The position numbers and the translations under genes are program-made. 64,000 bases of DNA. It comes from a plasmid. Within the stretch, counting starts at the first letter, position 1, and every line of letters starts with the position of its first letter. Where the stretch lies: assembly GCF_055900595.2 (NCBI RefSeq), contig NZ_JBVWEU010000002.1. One strand, written 5' to 3'. Of the stretch, positions 21,993 to 32,600 are shown in pieces. The notes below the pieces were generated by a model. The model saw only the letters and a program-made list of their open reading frames with translations, did not search any database and had not been told where the DNA came from.

Positions 21993-22342
21993 CTAAATCG
22001 CGCCAGCGCTGGCTGTTTTACGCGTATGACAGTCTCCGGAAGACGGTTGTTGCGCACGTATTCGGTGAACGCACTATGGCGACGCTGGGGCGTCTTATGA
22101 GCCTGCTGTCACCCTTTGACGTGGTGATATGGATGACGGATGGCTGGCCGCTGTATGAATCCCGCCTGAAGGGAAAGCTGCACGTAATCAGCAAGCGATA
22201 TACGCAGCGAATTGAGCGGCATAACCTGAATCTGAGGCAGCACCTGGCACGGCTGGGACGGAAGTCGCTGTCGTTTTCAAAATCGGTGGAGCTGCATGAC
22301 AAAGTCATCGGGCATTATCTGAACATAAAACACTATCAATAA
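21993..22342 (+). pseudogene. insB: IS1 insB, 3' part separated from its 5' part by IS100
   Basis: Encodes [35 protein letters not shown]...NIKHYQ*. Confidence 0.85.
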
Positions 22343-22357
22343 GTTGGAGTCATTACC

Positions 22358-22366
22358 TCCTGCATG
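22358..22366. repeat. Target-site duplication TCCTGCATG, right copy
   Basis: Identical to 7341-7349. Confidence 0.85.
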
Positions 22367-22678
22367 ATGAGGTAACATGAGGCCTTTACCAATCCGCGCG
22401 CCCAGGCCGATATCACATCCATACCGTTCCATAAGTGCATTTTTTATCTTTATCGCACATTTCCTTTGTTTTTGGTTTCCAGAGATAAACATCTCATTGG
22501 CCAGGCGCCACCACATCAGAAAGCCTCGTTGTCTCTGCAACCCGTTTCTTATCAGGCGGTGTAAGACAAACTTATCCCGCATGATGACTTCGGCTTTCCA
22601 GTATTCTGACAGATTACGACTTTTACCTGACAATAAAAAGGTGGCAATATGAAAATAAGCTAATGGATTTTTCATCAT
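22358..22678 (-). pseudogene. Hexapeptide-repeat acetyltransferase, N-terminal fragment (107 codons)
   Basis: MMKNPLAYFHIATFLL...ALMERYGCDIGLGARIGKGLMLPHHAG, then the IS1 IRR. It continues in frame at 7340 once one 9-mer copy and the transposon are removed. Confidence 0.8.
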
Positions 22679-22781
22679 AAAAACGACCTTAAAGAATAAA
22701 GAAAATATTCTGTATTGTGGAATAAAATAACATAACTATCAGAAATACTTTTAAAGTAATATCAGTCAGCTTTAAAGATAA

Positions 22782-23069
22782 CTATCTCATTCTCTCACTG
22801 GCGAGATTATAAACGTTACTACGTTCACGTTTACCTACCGCGACAACCGCAATAATTAGCATGTCATCAATAACCTGATAGACCAGACGAAACCCCGATG
22901 CGCGAAGTTTGATTTTGTAGCAGTCTTTTAATCCACGCAGTTTTGCGGAAGGAATATGAGGATTTTCGCTGCATTTCTTTAGTTTTTTCGCAAACTGCTG
23001 TTGAATGGATTTATCCAGTTTCAGCCATTCTTTGAGCGCATCATCCCTGAATTTTACTGTATAAGTCAT
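22782..23069 (-). CDS. RelE/ParE-superfamily toxin (StbE/YacB-like)
   Basis: 95 aa, ...KLRGLKDCYKIKLRASGFRLVYQVIDDMLIIAVVAVGKRERSNVY is typical of RelE-family toxins. It overlaps the antitoxin gene by 4 nt. Confidence 0.85.
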   Translation of the reverse strand: MTYTVKFRDDALKEWLKLDKSIQQQFAKKLKKCSENPHIPSAKLRGLKDCYKIKLRASGFRLVYQVIDDMLIIAVVAVGKRERSNVYNLASERMR

Positions 23070-23317
23070 AAATAACTGTCCAGGTCCACATCATGCAGTG
23101 GCTGATTGCTGCGTTCAGTAACCAGTTTCACCAGTTCCTGGTCATCCAGCGCATCAAGCATCCTTTCATAGAGTTCCGCAGGCACACAGTAGAATGCCGG
23201 CTGATTCCGGTTAAGAATGGCGACAGGATAACCATCTCCGGCACTGACTGTAGCCATAGGATTTTTTTTCAGTTCACTGACACTTGCACTGGTGTCAGAC
23301 AGAATGATGTTAGGCAT
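23066..23317 (-). CDS. Phd/YefM-family antitoxin (StbD/YacA-like)
   Basis: 83 aa, ILSDTSASVSELKKNPMATV...PVAILNRNQPAFYCVPAELYE is a Phd/YefM N-terminal pattern. It lies upstream of the toxin. Confidence 0.85.
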   Translation of the reverse strand: MPNIILSDTSASVSELKKNPMATVSAGDGYPVAILNRNQPAFYCVPAELYERMLDALDDQELVKLVTERSNQPLHDVDLDSYL

Positions 23318-23720
23318 AACGTACCTTTGAGACTGTTTAACAAGTCTTAAAGATACCTCTGAAAGGACCGGTTAACAAGTCTGTATTACTCATACTTTTG
23401 CAAATACATTTAATGCTGGTTTTATTGTTCTGATGCCGCGTGAGCGGCATGGAAGGCGGTATAATGTAGCTACATATGGCACAAGAGTAAAACCGCCGAA
23501 GCCCGGCGTAAGCCGGTACTGATTGATAGATTTCACCTTACCCATCCCCGTCCTGCTAAGCCATGCCCGCTGTCAGCCATGAGAGAGCTTATGTGCGCGG
23601 TCGGAGTGGTCCCGACGAGGGTTTACCCGAAGTCGGGGCGTATCTCCGCGTTAGCGGGCCGTTAGGGCCGCTTACGAGCGTGTACACGATACGTCCAGCC
23701 AGAAGACTGACAGCGATGAC

Positions 23721-23743
23721 AACGTAGTTACAACATTCATAAT
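23721..23743 (-). promoter_or_regulatory. Tus-binding Ter site (reads ..GAATGTTGTAACTAC.. on the minus strand)
   Basis: Matches the Ter core GNNNGTTGTAACTA. It is inverted relative to the second site 120 bp away. Confidence 0.65.
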
Positions 23744-23855
23744 TAAAAGCGACTCTGTTCCGGCCCTTTGGGCCGGGGCGGGGCCGCTTTTCAGTTATGA
23801 GGGAGGGGCTTTGTGGTTTCGGTTCTGCGCTGGACCGGGGTTTTCTTGGCGGTTG

Positions 23856-23878
23856 TATTTGAGTGTTGTAACTAAAAT
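23856..23878 (+). promoter_or_regulatory. Tus-binding Ter site (TATTTGAGTGTTGTAACTAAAAT)
   Basis: Matches the TerB-type consensus AATTAGTATGTTGTAACTAAAGT at the GTTGTAACTAAA core. Confidence 0.65.
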
Positions 23879-23939
23879 GGCTCCGGTCGGGGCCCGCCGC
23901 TTGCGGTGGGAGGTGCATATCTGTCTGTCCACAGGACAG

Positions 23940-24200
23940 GCAGTGAATAGGTTTTCTTTTTAAATGAATGTAATTAAGTAGTTTAAAGGAGATATAAACA
24001 GGTGTTTAAAAGATACATTGCACCCTGTAAGACTGGCGGCTGGCGCTTTATGACATGAACGGTTGTAACCTTATGGGGAAGTCCCTTGCAGTTTAATGTG
24101 GATAAGCAAAATTCCCCGTCTGTGAGGCGTGTTTTGTATCGAAAACAGGGGGGGCCGGATGCTCCAGAAGGTGGATGGTGAGGTTGTTTTTTGTATGTGG
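23940..24200. promoter_or_regulatory. IncFII vegetative origin region (oriR), approximate limits
   Basis: Lies 80-340 bp downstream of repA as in R1/R100. It has an AT-rich block at 23950-24020 and a DnaA box at 24097-24105. Confidence 0.5.
24097..24105 (-). promoter_or_regulatory. DnaA box (TTATCCACA on the minus strand)
   Basis: A perfect 9-mer TGTGGATAA on the plus strand. Confidence 0.7.
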
Positions 24201-24280
24201 TGCTGATTTTTTGTGCACTGACGGGCTTCAGGCGTGCGAATGCCTCCGGCGCGTGCCAGATTATTCTGAGGAGGTCACTT

Positions 24281-25138
24281 TCAGGGGGAAGCTGTGGCCA
24301 GCCGGCTGTAATTACGGTTACGTGACAGAATCATGCGCTCCTTCACACGACGCTCCACTTCGCGTTTTACCGCCTCACGATTGGCAGTGAAGCGCCCTTC
24401 TGAGATTTCACGTGTCAGCTGCCGTTTCACCAGGGTGACAATTTCCTGACGTTCCCTGCTTGCATCACGACGCGCACGGGCACGCTTTATTCCCCGGGAC
24501 TTAAGCTCTGTCTGGTAACTGCGGAAACGCTCACGCACAAAACGCCAGGCCTTCGCTATCAGCTCATCCATACTCAGCGCATCCAACCCCTGCTTTTTAC
24601 GCTGTCGGTTTTCCCATTCCACACGACTGCGACGCGCGGCGGCCACCGCATCCTCTGACACATCGAGGGCGGTAAACAGCGACGGTGTGAGTGTGATGTC
24701 GGTCGGAATGTTGCAGCCAATAAGTGGGTCATATTCCGTCTGGTAGGTAATCAACCCCAGCTCTGACAGAAACATCAGGGCACGGGTGGCACGGGTGATG
24801 GAGAGTTTTCCGGCAGCAGACTCCGTCGCCAGTCCGCACTCAATGGCCAGTGTGGTGATGGAGCACTGGACGCGGTTGGCCAGCGGGTCATAGTGGAAAC
24901 ACAGCCCCTGCAGCAGCGCATCAATAGCCCGTCGACGCAGCACCGGTGGCATGCGTCGACGCAGACCACGCGAACGGGCATGCGCCACATGAATGGCGAA
25001 ATCAAAACGGGAAGTGAAGCCCAGCGCCTTTTCCATCAGTTTTTCGCAGAACTTCAGCGTTCCGGCACCTTCACGGGGTGTAAACACCGGATTCGGGTTC
25101 TTTACCTGGCGGTAATACGTTTGTTGAAGATCAGCCAC
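24281..25138 (-). CDS. repA: IncFII replication initiator RepA1 (285 aa from the GTG overlapping the tap stop)
   Basis: ...[63 protein letters not shown]... is recognised as R100/R1 RepA1. The GTGGCTGA overlap with the leader peptide stop fits translational coupling. Confidence 0.9.
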
Positions 25139-25205
25139 ACCATCCTGCACTTACAATGCGCAGAAGGAGTGAGCACAGAAAGAAGTCTTGAACTTTTCCG
25201 GGCAT
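25131..25205 (-). CDS. tap: repA leader peptide Tap/RepA6 (24 aa)
   Basis: [24 protein letters not shown] with a GGGGAG SD. Its stop overlaps the repA start, as described for R1. Confidence 0.7.
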
Positions 25206-25222
25206 ATAGCTATACTCCCCGC

Positions 25223-25315
25223 ATAGCTGAATTGTTGGCTATGCGGTTTTATGGGGCCCCGGTAATCTTTTCGTACTCGCCAAAGTTGAAGAAGATTATC
25301 GGGGTTTTCGCTTTT
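25223..25315 (+). ncRNA. copA: CopA/Inc antisense RNA of the IncFII replicon (~91 nt)
   Basis: Promoter TTGAAC (25188-25193), 17-nt spacer, TATACT (25211-25216). A long bulged stem-loop pairs CCCCGGTAATCTTTTCG with GAAGAAGATTATCGGGG, followed by TTTTCGCTTTT. It is antisense to the repA leader. Confidence 0.75.
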
Positions 25316-25450
25316 CTGGCTCCTGTACATCCACATCAGAACCAGTTCCCTGCCACCTTATGGCGTGGCCAGCCACAAAATTCCTTAAACGATCAGCAAT
25401 CTATCACGCACACCAGAAACAGGCAAGAATGTGATGTCGCTACATTTTAG

Positions 25451-25699
25451 TTAGCTGAAAGCACTCTTCTGCTTTATCAGTTCAGCAATCATCTCAGCCT
25501 GAGTAACACCTTCAGCGTCACACATCTCCTGTAATTGCGCTTTTAACGCAGCAGGAATGAACACTCTGAGTTCTTTATGTGTGGCACGTTTTCTTGCCAG
25601 AGATGCCTGCTGACGTTCTGCAAGCGTCAGAGGATTACCTTTTCGGTATGCTCGCTTTGTACCTGATGAGGAAGTCACTGCATTTTCTGTCTGCGACAT
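25451..25699 (-). CDS. copB: CopB/RepA2 transcriptional repressor of repA
   Basis: 82 aa, [23 protein letters not shown]... is recognised as IncFII CopB. It lies upstream of copA/repA. Confidence 0.85.
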   Translation of the reverse strand: MSQTENAVTSSSGTKRAYRKGNPLTLAERQQASLARKRATHKELRVFIPAALKAQLQEMCDAEGVTQAEMIAELIKQKSAFS

Positions 25700-25949
25700 C
25701 TCGCCTCCTCAATTCTCAAACAGGGATCGTTTCGCAGAGGATACTACAGTTTTTTGAAATCAGCGACTTGAAAGTTGTGATGATGATCTGTGTTGGCGCA
25801 CAAATCATGTCTGATTACGACCGTTTAATGTGATTTTGATGATGAAATGACTGAAAAACAGGAAATGCCTTAACATGGATGCCGGCCCCGGGCGGGACCG
25901 GCTGTTTCTGGCATGTCGGGTGTCTGCCCCTGAAATACCTCACACTTCC

Positions 25950-25974
25950 GGAAAGCGGGGACTTCCGTCCCCGC
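25950..25974 (-). terminator. Rho-independent terminator downstream of srnB
   Basis: The minus strand reads GCGGGGAC-GGAA-GTCCCCGC followed by TTTCC. Confidence 0.6.
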
Positions 25975-25982
25975 CCGGCAGC

Positions 25983-26189
25983 TTACTTCCGTGCTTCGTA
26001 GGCCAGAGTTACCTGCACCACTGTATTTCCCCTGTGAATATTCAGCTCACATAACCGTTCTCTGAATATCAGTGAAAAACACAACACCGTGGCGCACACG
26101 GCGAGCAGCCCGATAAGGGCATATTTCGTCATAAACTTTGACCTCTCTGCAAAGAAGAGGCTACAATCAGTAGTGTTAAGGTACTTCAT
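25983..26189 (-). CDS. srnB: SrnB (Hok-family membrane toxin of a type I TA system); the Hok-like core starts at the Met at 26132
   Basis: MKYLNTTDCSLF.AERSKFMTKYALIGLLAVCATVLCFSLIFRERLCELNIHRGNTVVQVTLAYEARK is recognised as F-plasmid SrnB. The partner antisense RNA (srnC/sok-type) should lie on the plus strand near 26.16-26.26 kb, but I could not delimit it. Confidence 0.85.
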   Translation of the reverse strand: MKYLNTTDCSLFFAERSKFMTKYALIGLLAVCATVLCFSLIFRERLCELNIHRGNTVVQVTLAYEARK

Positions 26190-26341
26190 GCAGACCTCAC
26201 GAGTTAATGGATTAACGAGTGGGGTCTTCGCATTTCTGGTACCTGCGTCTTGCCTGAACCAGAAAGGCTCAGACACCCGCCGCGATAATACCACATTCCT
26301 GTCTGGTTACGACGATCTCCATGCCCCCGGTTTTTATTGCA

Positions 26342-26416
26342 GAAACGCCGGGAGCGGGGAAAACTTGCTTTTTCCCGTTTCCGGGGTTGGACAACTGAGC
26401 AACGCGAAGGCGTCAG
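26342..26416. repeat. Copy 1 of a ~75-bp structured repeat (partner at 37222-37293)
   Basis: GAAACGCCGGGAG-[hairpin]-TTCCGGGGTTGGACAACTGAGCAACGCGAAGGCGTCAG. It overlaps the stop codon of the DUF2726 gene. Confidence 0.7.
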
Positions 26417-26915
26417 CTACGATGTTCCGGTGACTGCTGATCAGCCCCTGTTGTATTCAGCCATTCTCCGGTCATCTGCAGCAGTTTTCTGGCATCGTGG
26501 CTTCTGAGCAACGGAATACCAGCCTGCCTCAGAACCTCTTCCAGAAGAATATCCCGGCGTCTGCGTTCCGGTCGTAAATGGCTGGCATCATCCAGCTCTA
26601 CTGCTGCAACAATACTGAACGAACGCCGCTCAACGATAACCACATCAACATGCCACTGAGACACCATCCTGAATAACTGCCACCACTGGCGTGATCGTGG
26701 CCGGATATTCCCGTTCAGCTGGACGATATCCGCGACCCGTACCTGCGGACACAGATACCACCGCTGGACAGTATTCGCTCTGCATCACCGGTCCGTATAC
26801 CTGCCGTATGCAATTGCATCAGCAAAGGAGAATGCTGATTTACACTTCTGAGGATAATCCGGATAAGTAACGCTGCAATAATCAGAACAATGAGAATAAA
26901 AATAATCAACTTCAT
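26413..26915 (-). pseudogene. DUF2726-family (restriction-endonuclease-like fold) membrane-anchored protein, disrupted by a frameshift near 26760-26775
   Basis: The N-terminal TM ORF (MKLIIFILIVLIIAALLIRIIL...) ends at 26715. A second frame opens at about 26770 and reads ..WYLCPQVRVADIVQLNG..HVDVVIVERRSFSIVAAVELDDASH..RRRDILLEEVLRQAGIPLLR, the DUF2726 core. Confidence 0.6.
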
Positions 26916-26953
26916 TATTTATCTGCTCCTGGCAATTAATTATTGCTGAATTA

Positions 26954-27163
26954 TTACCTTACATATTTCCATATCTCTTTTGGTATCCTGTCATATAACT
27001 TTCCGGTGATTAATTCCGCTAACCGGTGGTCTGCTGCTGAATTAAATGACTCACGTTCACTGTTTGATAAACTGTCTCTGTTTTTATGAATAATTTTTTC
27101 CAGCGTATTGACTGATGAACATCGCCGTAACTGATACAGCCATTCCTGTTTTGTTTTTGCCAT
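26954..27163 (-). CDS. Hypothetical protein, 69 aa
   Basis: ORF only; no family is recognised. Confidence 0.45.
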   Translation of the reverse strand: MAKTKQEWLYQLRRCSSVNTLEKIIHKNRDSLSNSERESFNSAADHRLAELITGKLYDRIPKEIWKYVR

Positions 27164-27208
27164 TTTTATTCCCGCTGAGAACAGATGAATGATAGGATTG
27201 CCATCGCT

Positions 27209-27670
27209 TTATTTACGGTGCCTCCATATCCAGGGGGGAACCGGATCAGCATCTGACCAGAGCCCACGTTTTTGTTGTCTGGCTTCGTTCTGAAGGACAG
27301 GCAGCACGGGATCTGTGTTGTACTGCTCATATACCCAGGCAGCCCCGGCCCGGACCATAAACTGATTAATATTCATTCCGTCTGGTGCATAAACCTGCCC
27401 GAGAATACGACCATAACGATCTCGCTGAAAATATGTGACGGTAACCGTTTTTCCTGCGACCAGTGATTTCATCATGTCTGTTGACCACCGGCCATAATCC
27501 TGTTTCTTTTCCGGTGCATCAATATTTACCAGCCTGATCCGCACCGCCTTCCGTGAGTCCATGACCTCGATGGTATCACCGTCCAGTACACGAACAACCC
27601 GTCCATGAATATCTGCAGACAATACCGGCCATGAAAAGATAAATAATACCAGTGGAATATATTTCATCAT
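27209..27670 (-). CDS. Secreted staphylococcal-nuclease-like (SNase/thermonuclease) protein
   Basis: Signal peptide MMKYIPLVLFIFSWPVLSA, then VVRVLDGDTIEV, IRLVNIDAPE, RYGRILG and GLW motifs of SNase homologues. A GGAGA SD lies 5 nt before the ATG at 27670. Confidence 0.85.
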   Translation of the reverse strand: MMKYIPLVLFIFSWPVLSADIHGRVVRVLDGDTIEVMDSRKAVRIRLVNIDAPEKKQDYGRWSTDMMKSLVAGKTVTVTYFQRDRYGRILGQVYAPDGMNINQFMVRAGAAWVYEQYNTDPVLPVLQNEARQQKRGLWSDADPVPPWIWRHRK

Positions 27671-27915
27671 GTTATTCTCCATATCAGATAAATGGCACCT
27701 GTATTTCAGGCATCCTGAACATTGCAGCACACAATGAATAACACCTTATTTTGTGAAATAAATCACAAAATATAAAATCACGACTTAATACGGAAAAAAC
27801 TCTGTGCTACTCAGAACTGTCCGGTCATACTGCCCGACCGGATATTAAAAAAAGCAAATCTCATAAACTCCTTTCAGCCTTCTGACTTCTGGTGTAATGA
27901 AGGCTGCTTTTTTCA

Positions 27916-28128
27916 TTACACCCTTCCCCGGCAGCGCCGGTGGCAGTGTTCAGCCTTTTTCCGGGCAAACTGCTGCCAGTCTGTCCGGGGAGCTATGCAG
28001 GCAGCCCGTCGCCATGCTTCTGCCGCTTCCATCCAGCGTCCACTGACCTCCAGAATAACGGCCCGCCCGCCGGCACGCTGGTAACGCCAGACCTGACCGT
28101 TCCGTGAACTGTTTCTGAATCCATTCAT
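27916..28128 (-). CDS. Small Arg/Trp-rich protein, possibly ANR (AraC-negative-regulator)-like; otherwise hypothetical
   Basis: 70-aa ORF. The pattern W.EAAEAWRRAA......W..FARKKAEHC resembles ANR-family proteins as I recall them. Confidence 0.45.
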   Translation of the reverse strand: MNGFRNSSRNGQVWRYQRAGGRAVILEVSGRWMEAAEAWRRAACIAPRTDWQQFARKKAEHCHRRCRGRV

Positions 28129-28263
28129 TTTTCTGCTCCTCCCTTTTAGTCGTCAGTATTATTGTGGTAAATAATTCAGTGGACTGGCTTCCTTTCGGGT
28201 ACGGAAGTTATTTCCTTTTAAGCCTTATTGTTTCAGCCTCCTCACTCTTTCGGGGAGGCCTTT

Positions 28264-28824
28264 TTATTTCTCATCAAGCACGGCCTGAAGTTCTGCCTTT
28301 ATCCGGTTCTGGCGGCGGATTTTATCCAGACGCGCTGCCGCATACGCTTCCTCCTCCTGAGAAATATGCTCCGTCACATACCCTTCCGTGTCATACCGGC
28401 AGGCACCGGCTTTCATGGCACACAGATAGCTTTCTGAACGGGTGATGGCCTTCAGCGCCCTGCGCAGTTTTTTATGCGAGAGCGGGATATTCCGCTGCGC
28501 CACGTCTTCCAGTAACACGTCCCGGATACCGCAGGCCAGAAGCCGGGGCGTGTCACCGTCAAATAATCCCGGCCACCAGGGCTTCAGGGTATTCACGGCC
28601 TCATCCAGTGAGGGCAGGTTCAGATAAATGGACAGCGCCTGTCTAGCCTGCGCTTTTTTTGCCGCCAGCTCTGCTTCCCGGGCCGCTTTCTCGGCCAGTT
28701 TCTGCTTTTTCACCTTCCATTTTGGTGGCGTGGTGACATTGATGATGGTTTTCCGGCTGCGGACAGGCGTCTCTCCTTCTGTTTTCCGCTTCAGTGTCAG
28801 TACCGGTCGTTTCTGCTCTGTCAT
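28264..28824 (-). CDS. finO: FinO fertility-inhibition RNA chaperone (intact, 186 aa)
   Basis: [69 protein letters not shown]... is recognised as FinO. There is no IS3 insertion as in F. Confidence 0.92.
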   Translation of the reverse strand: MTEQKRPVLTLKRKTEGETPVRSRKTIINVTTPPKWKVKKQKLAEKAAREAELAAKKAQARQALSIYLNLPSLDEAVNTLKPWWPGLFDGDTPRLLACGIRDVLLEDVAQRNIPLSHKKLRRALKAITRSESYLCAMKAGACRYDTEGYVTEHISQEEEAYAAARLDKIRRQNRIKAELQAVLDEK

Positions 28825-28877
28825 GCTGTGTTCTGCCTCTGACGAATCATCCTTTACGGTCAAAGATACCACACCCT

Positions 28878-29624
28878 TTACAGTGCCAGAACGCCCAGCA
28901 CAGCCAGATGGCAGGCGTAGAAAGTCGGGAAAAAATCCCCGGGCCAGAAACGGGGTAATGATTTCCCTGCACAGGACACCAGGCCAACGGTCAGCACCGT
29001 CATCACAAGGCCGGCCACCGCCGCTGTATCACTGGTGGCAAGGTTAAGCGCAGGAATCACAGTCAGCAGGCATGCAACCAGCACCAGACGTTCCGTTCTG
29101 TCTTCCGCCCGGTACAGCCGGTGACTGACTGCCAGCATCAGCAGCCCGGCAATACCGTAACTGGTGCCGGACAAAGGCCCCCACAGTGCCATCAGGAGAA
29201 TGGCCGCTGCAGTACGCCACAGACTGCGCGTTTCACACCACGTCAGCACCTGTGCCGCAACTGCAAAGGCAAACAGGATATTCCCCTCATACCAGGGAAA
29301 GCCGGCCAGATAATACGCGAACTGGGCAATCACACCCCATCCCCACAGCCGGTTAATGGCCGACTGCCGGATATGCGCATGGCGGGACAGATTCAGCCCC
29401 CACACCAGGGCAAAAAGCGGAAAGGCTCCACGCCCGGCCAGAAACATCCACGTCTGGTCCAGATGCAGAATGCGGTTTGCATGGTCCAGTACCATCAGCA
29501 CCAGTGCCACCGTTTTGATGATATCCCGCTGTCCGGGGGACCAGACCAGCAATGACTGCAACCAGGTATCGGTCCGGGCAGCCAGTGAATCGTTACGTGT
29601 CGTGTTCGTGTTATCCGTTGTCAT
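28878..29624 (-). CDS. traX: TraX pilin N-acetylase
   Basis: 248-aa polytopic protein at the traI-finO position; the sequence is recognised. Confidence 0.9.
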   Translation of the reverse strand: MTTDNTNTTRNDSLAARTDTWLQSLLVWSPGQRDIIKTVALVLMVLDHANRILHLDQTWMFLAGRGAFPLFALVWGLNLSRHAHIRQSAINRLWGWGVIAQFAYYLAGFPWYEGNILFAFAVAAQVLTWCETRSLWRTAAAILLMALWGPLSGTSYGIAGLLMLAVSHRLYRAEDRTERLVLVACLLTVIPALNLATSDTAAVAGLVMTVLTVGLVSCAGKSLPRFWPGDFFPTFYACHLAVLGVLAL

Positions 29625-29643
29625 CAGCGTTTATCTTCCTGTA

Positions 29644-32600
29644 TCAGTCTCCGCCCAGGGTTTTCTCTTTCTGCAGGTCACGAACCATATCCCGCTCCAT
29701 CTGCTGCAGACGCTCCTGCAGCAGGTTTTCCCGGGCAACCTCGCGGACCGCTTCCCGTTCCCGTTGTGGTTCACGCAGTACACTCTCCGGCAGCGCGGCT
29801 TCCCGTTCAGTTATGGCAGCCCGGTCACGCTCCTGCCCGGCAATTTCCCTGACAGCCAGCTCTGTTTTGCCATCCGGCAGGTCAGGTTTGTTCTCTGCCA
29901 TTTTACGGACAATTTCATCTGCGCGGCGTTCCGTTTCACGGCGGATAGCCTCTTCAGCCTGCCGCTGTGCCAGTACCTCTGCCGTGACCGGTTCGCCATT
30001 TCCGGCACCCGGCTGGACGCTGTTGTCCGGGATATCCCCCCACACGCGGCCACCGGTGATGGCACCGGGATTCCACGGACGGCCTTCACCGGCGATTCTT
30101 ACCACCACACCACTGTCAGGATTATCACGGGCAATCCGGACGCCATCCTGCATATTATCAGCCAGCAGGCTCTCTCCGTTACGGCTGCCCTGCAGGGCCA
30201 CGAACTGCGCATCCCCGCTGCCTTTCACACGGCCTTCACCACTGAATCCCCGCAGCCCGTTTCCGTCATCCGTGGTCAGTGGGTTCAGCCAGATACCTGC
30301 TGACTTGCCGTTACGGTCAAACGCCGGCAGTGCCACATACGGCTGCGGATATTTGCGCCCCGGTGCAATAAACCGTGCAGGACTGTCTCCCCCGGCCAGC
30401 CCCGCCTGACGAAGAACGGCACGGCCTGCCGCCACGTCCCGCAGCTCCCGCGCCGTACTGAACAGCCGCTCTGCATTCATGACCTCCCGGTCCGGTTTCG
30501 GCTCAAACACATCGTGGGCCGTACCTTTCTGTACGGCATTGTTGATGGCATCCGTCCAGCCCTGACGGTTATCGGTGTACACCTGCACATGCTGCTTCAT
30601 ACGCGACAGGGCCACGTAGGCTGACTCAAAGCCGGCCATCAGTTTCCGGTTACCTTCCGTGCCTTCAAGCGCGATGGCAAAGGTTTCACTTGCCCCCTGC
30701 GCACCGTGGGCGGTGATGGCATAAGCCAGGTCAATATGTTGCTCTGCCCGCTCCTGACCGGGGCGAATCACCCGGGTCTGCTGTCCGTCCGACAGCGTGA
30801 CACTGTCACCGGAAACCGCTGTCACCGTCCAGACGCTGTTGGCCACATAGCCGCGCTCCCGATCACTCTTCGTGAAGCGCATCCGGTCACCGGTTCCCAC
30901 CCGGATGGTGTCCGGGGTGTACAGTGTGACGCCTTCAGCCACCGCCTCCCGGGGCGAAATCAGCCGCGTGTTACCTTCCGCATCCTGCAGGGTTATCAGC
31001 CCGTCATCCTTACTGATACCGGCAATCCGGTGATACGCATTATCCACCAGGACAAGTGCGTCCCGATGTGTCTCCCAGGTGGAGAGACGACGCAGTTCTC
31101 CGTCACGTATATTCGCTGTGTTCAGGACAGGCACCATGACCTGCTCTTTGCCCAGCTCACCGGCCTTTTCCCGTGCATCATGAATCATGCTGTTCAGTAC
31201 GCGCCGGTCCTCATTCAGGTGTGTGACAATCAGCGTCTGCTCCCGTGCTTCCGGTGTCCTGCCGGTATAGTCGCGGACAATGGCTTCATACAGTGTCATG
31301 GGGATATCCGGGAAAGCCTCGCCTTTCAGCATCGCCTTCTGCTGCGCTTCTGCCAGTTTCGCTTCCTGGCTGTGACTGAACTCCGTCACGGAGTGCTCCG
31401 GTGCCCATGCGCCCTCCAGACGTGGCACCTGAGACGGTTTCACGCTCTCAAGCCCGGACAGTGCCCTTTCCACATCCCGGTTAATCAGGCTGTATACCGC
31501 CTCCCGCAGTTCCGGCGTCTGACGCACAATCTCCTTCATGATGACCACATCGGCAGCACTGCGCGTCTGCTGGAGACGGAAAGGCTGACCGGGCGCGATG
31601 GCCTGCAGCTGGTCCGTGTCACCGCTGGCCACAGCCCGACCGCCACCGGCCGCAATCAGGGCGTATGCCCGTGCCATGTCGGTATTGCCCACCATTGAGC
31701 TCTCATCGAGCAGGAACAGCGTGTTGCTGAAATCCGGCGTTTCTCCGCTGCGCTGCTGCATCTGCGTGTCATGCAGAAAGGACGCCAGTGTCTGTGCATC
31801 CACGCCGGCGCTGCGCATCTCCCCGACCGCACGGTGCGTGGGGCCCAGCCCAACGACACGGGGACGCTCACTCTCCGGCAGCATGTTCACGGCTGACATC
31901 ACCGCCCGGAACTGTGTGGTCTTACCCACGCCGGCATAGCCCTGCACCACCGTGAAACGGTCGGACGTTTCCAGTATCATGCGGGTGGCGGCACGCTGTC
32001 CTGATGTCAGTTTCTCCATGAGTTCGCCAGGTACTCTCTCCATCAGCGGCGTGACCGCCTCCTTACCTTCGAGAATATGGCGAAGAATGCTCTTTTCTGC
32101 CTCATACGACGCACGGGAAACCAGCAGGCCTGTGCCATAGCCTTTTGCCACATCCACATACAGTAAATCACCGCGTTTTATCTGCGCATTGATTTCCCCT
32201 CCCAGGTCGATAAAACTGGTTCCTTCTGCAGCAAACGACTTCGCCTCTGTCAGCAGGTCCACCATGCTGAAGGCCAGGTTTTTACTTTCCAGCACAGGAA
32301 GGGCCAGATGAATAGCCTGCTGTGCCGGCGTGTGAAGCCCGGCTTTCTGCAGACTGATAGCGGTTTCCAGCAATGTCTCACCGGCACGCGCCTTTATCTG
32401 CTCAGAAACCACCGTAAAGGAGGGATGACGGGCAAGTTTTTCCGCAGTACGGGTTTCATCCAGTGAAGAATACAGCCGGACATCACGACCGCTGCGGGCC
32501 AGACCGTTCAGGGTGGCGTTGTCCATTGCCATCTGTGTGACGGAGGCAAAAACCTTCGCACTGTCGCTGACGGAATGCCCGGGCGTTTCCACCCAGCCGT

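Noticed and set aside
23589-23918. 109-aa minus-strand ORF next to oriR
   Set aside because: It spans the two Ter sites and GC-rich palindromes and is Pro/Arg/Gly-rich low-complexity sequence. This region is non-coding in IncFII replicons, apart from the small repA4 frame that I could not place.
24893-25450. 185-aa plus-strand ORF overlapping repA, tap and copA
   Set aside because: It is antisense to the recognised RepA1 gene and runs through the copA RNA. It has no independent support.
26160-26260. Expected srnC/sok-type antisense RNA of the srnB killer locus
   Set aside because: It should exist on the plus strand opposite the srnB leader. I could not identify a convincing promoter plus terminator by eye, so it is not reported as a feature.
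28164-28445. Plus-strand ORFs (93 and 69 aa) overlapping the 3' end of finO, and the hairpin GCCTCC...GGAGGC-CTTTTTA at about 28238-28262
   Set aside because: The ORFs are antisense shadows of finO. The hairpin has its T-run on the plus strand, where no gene ends, so I could not assign it as the finO terminator.
29356-31698. Long plus-strand ORFs (315, 285 and 330 aa and others) antisense to traI
   Set aside because: They lie entirely inside the well-supported traI gene on the other strand. They are Arg/Ser/Pro/Cys-rich with no motifs. They are typical shadow ORFs of GC-rich coding DNA.
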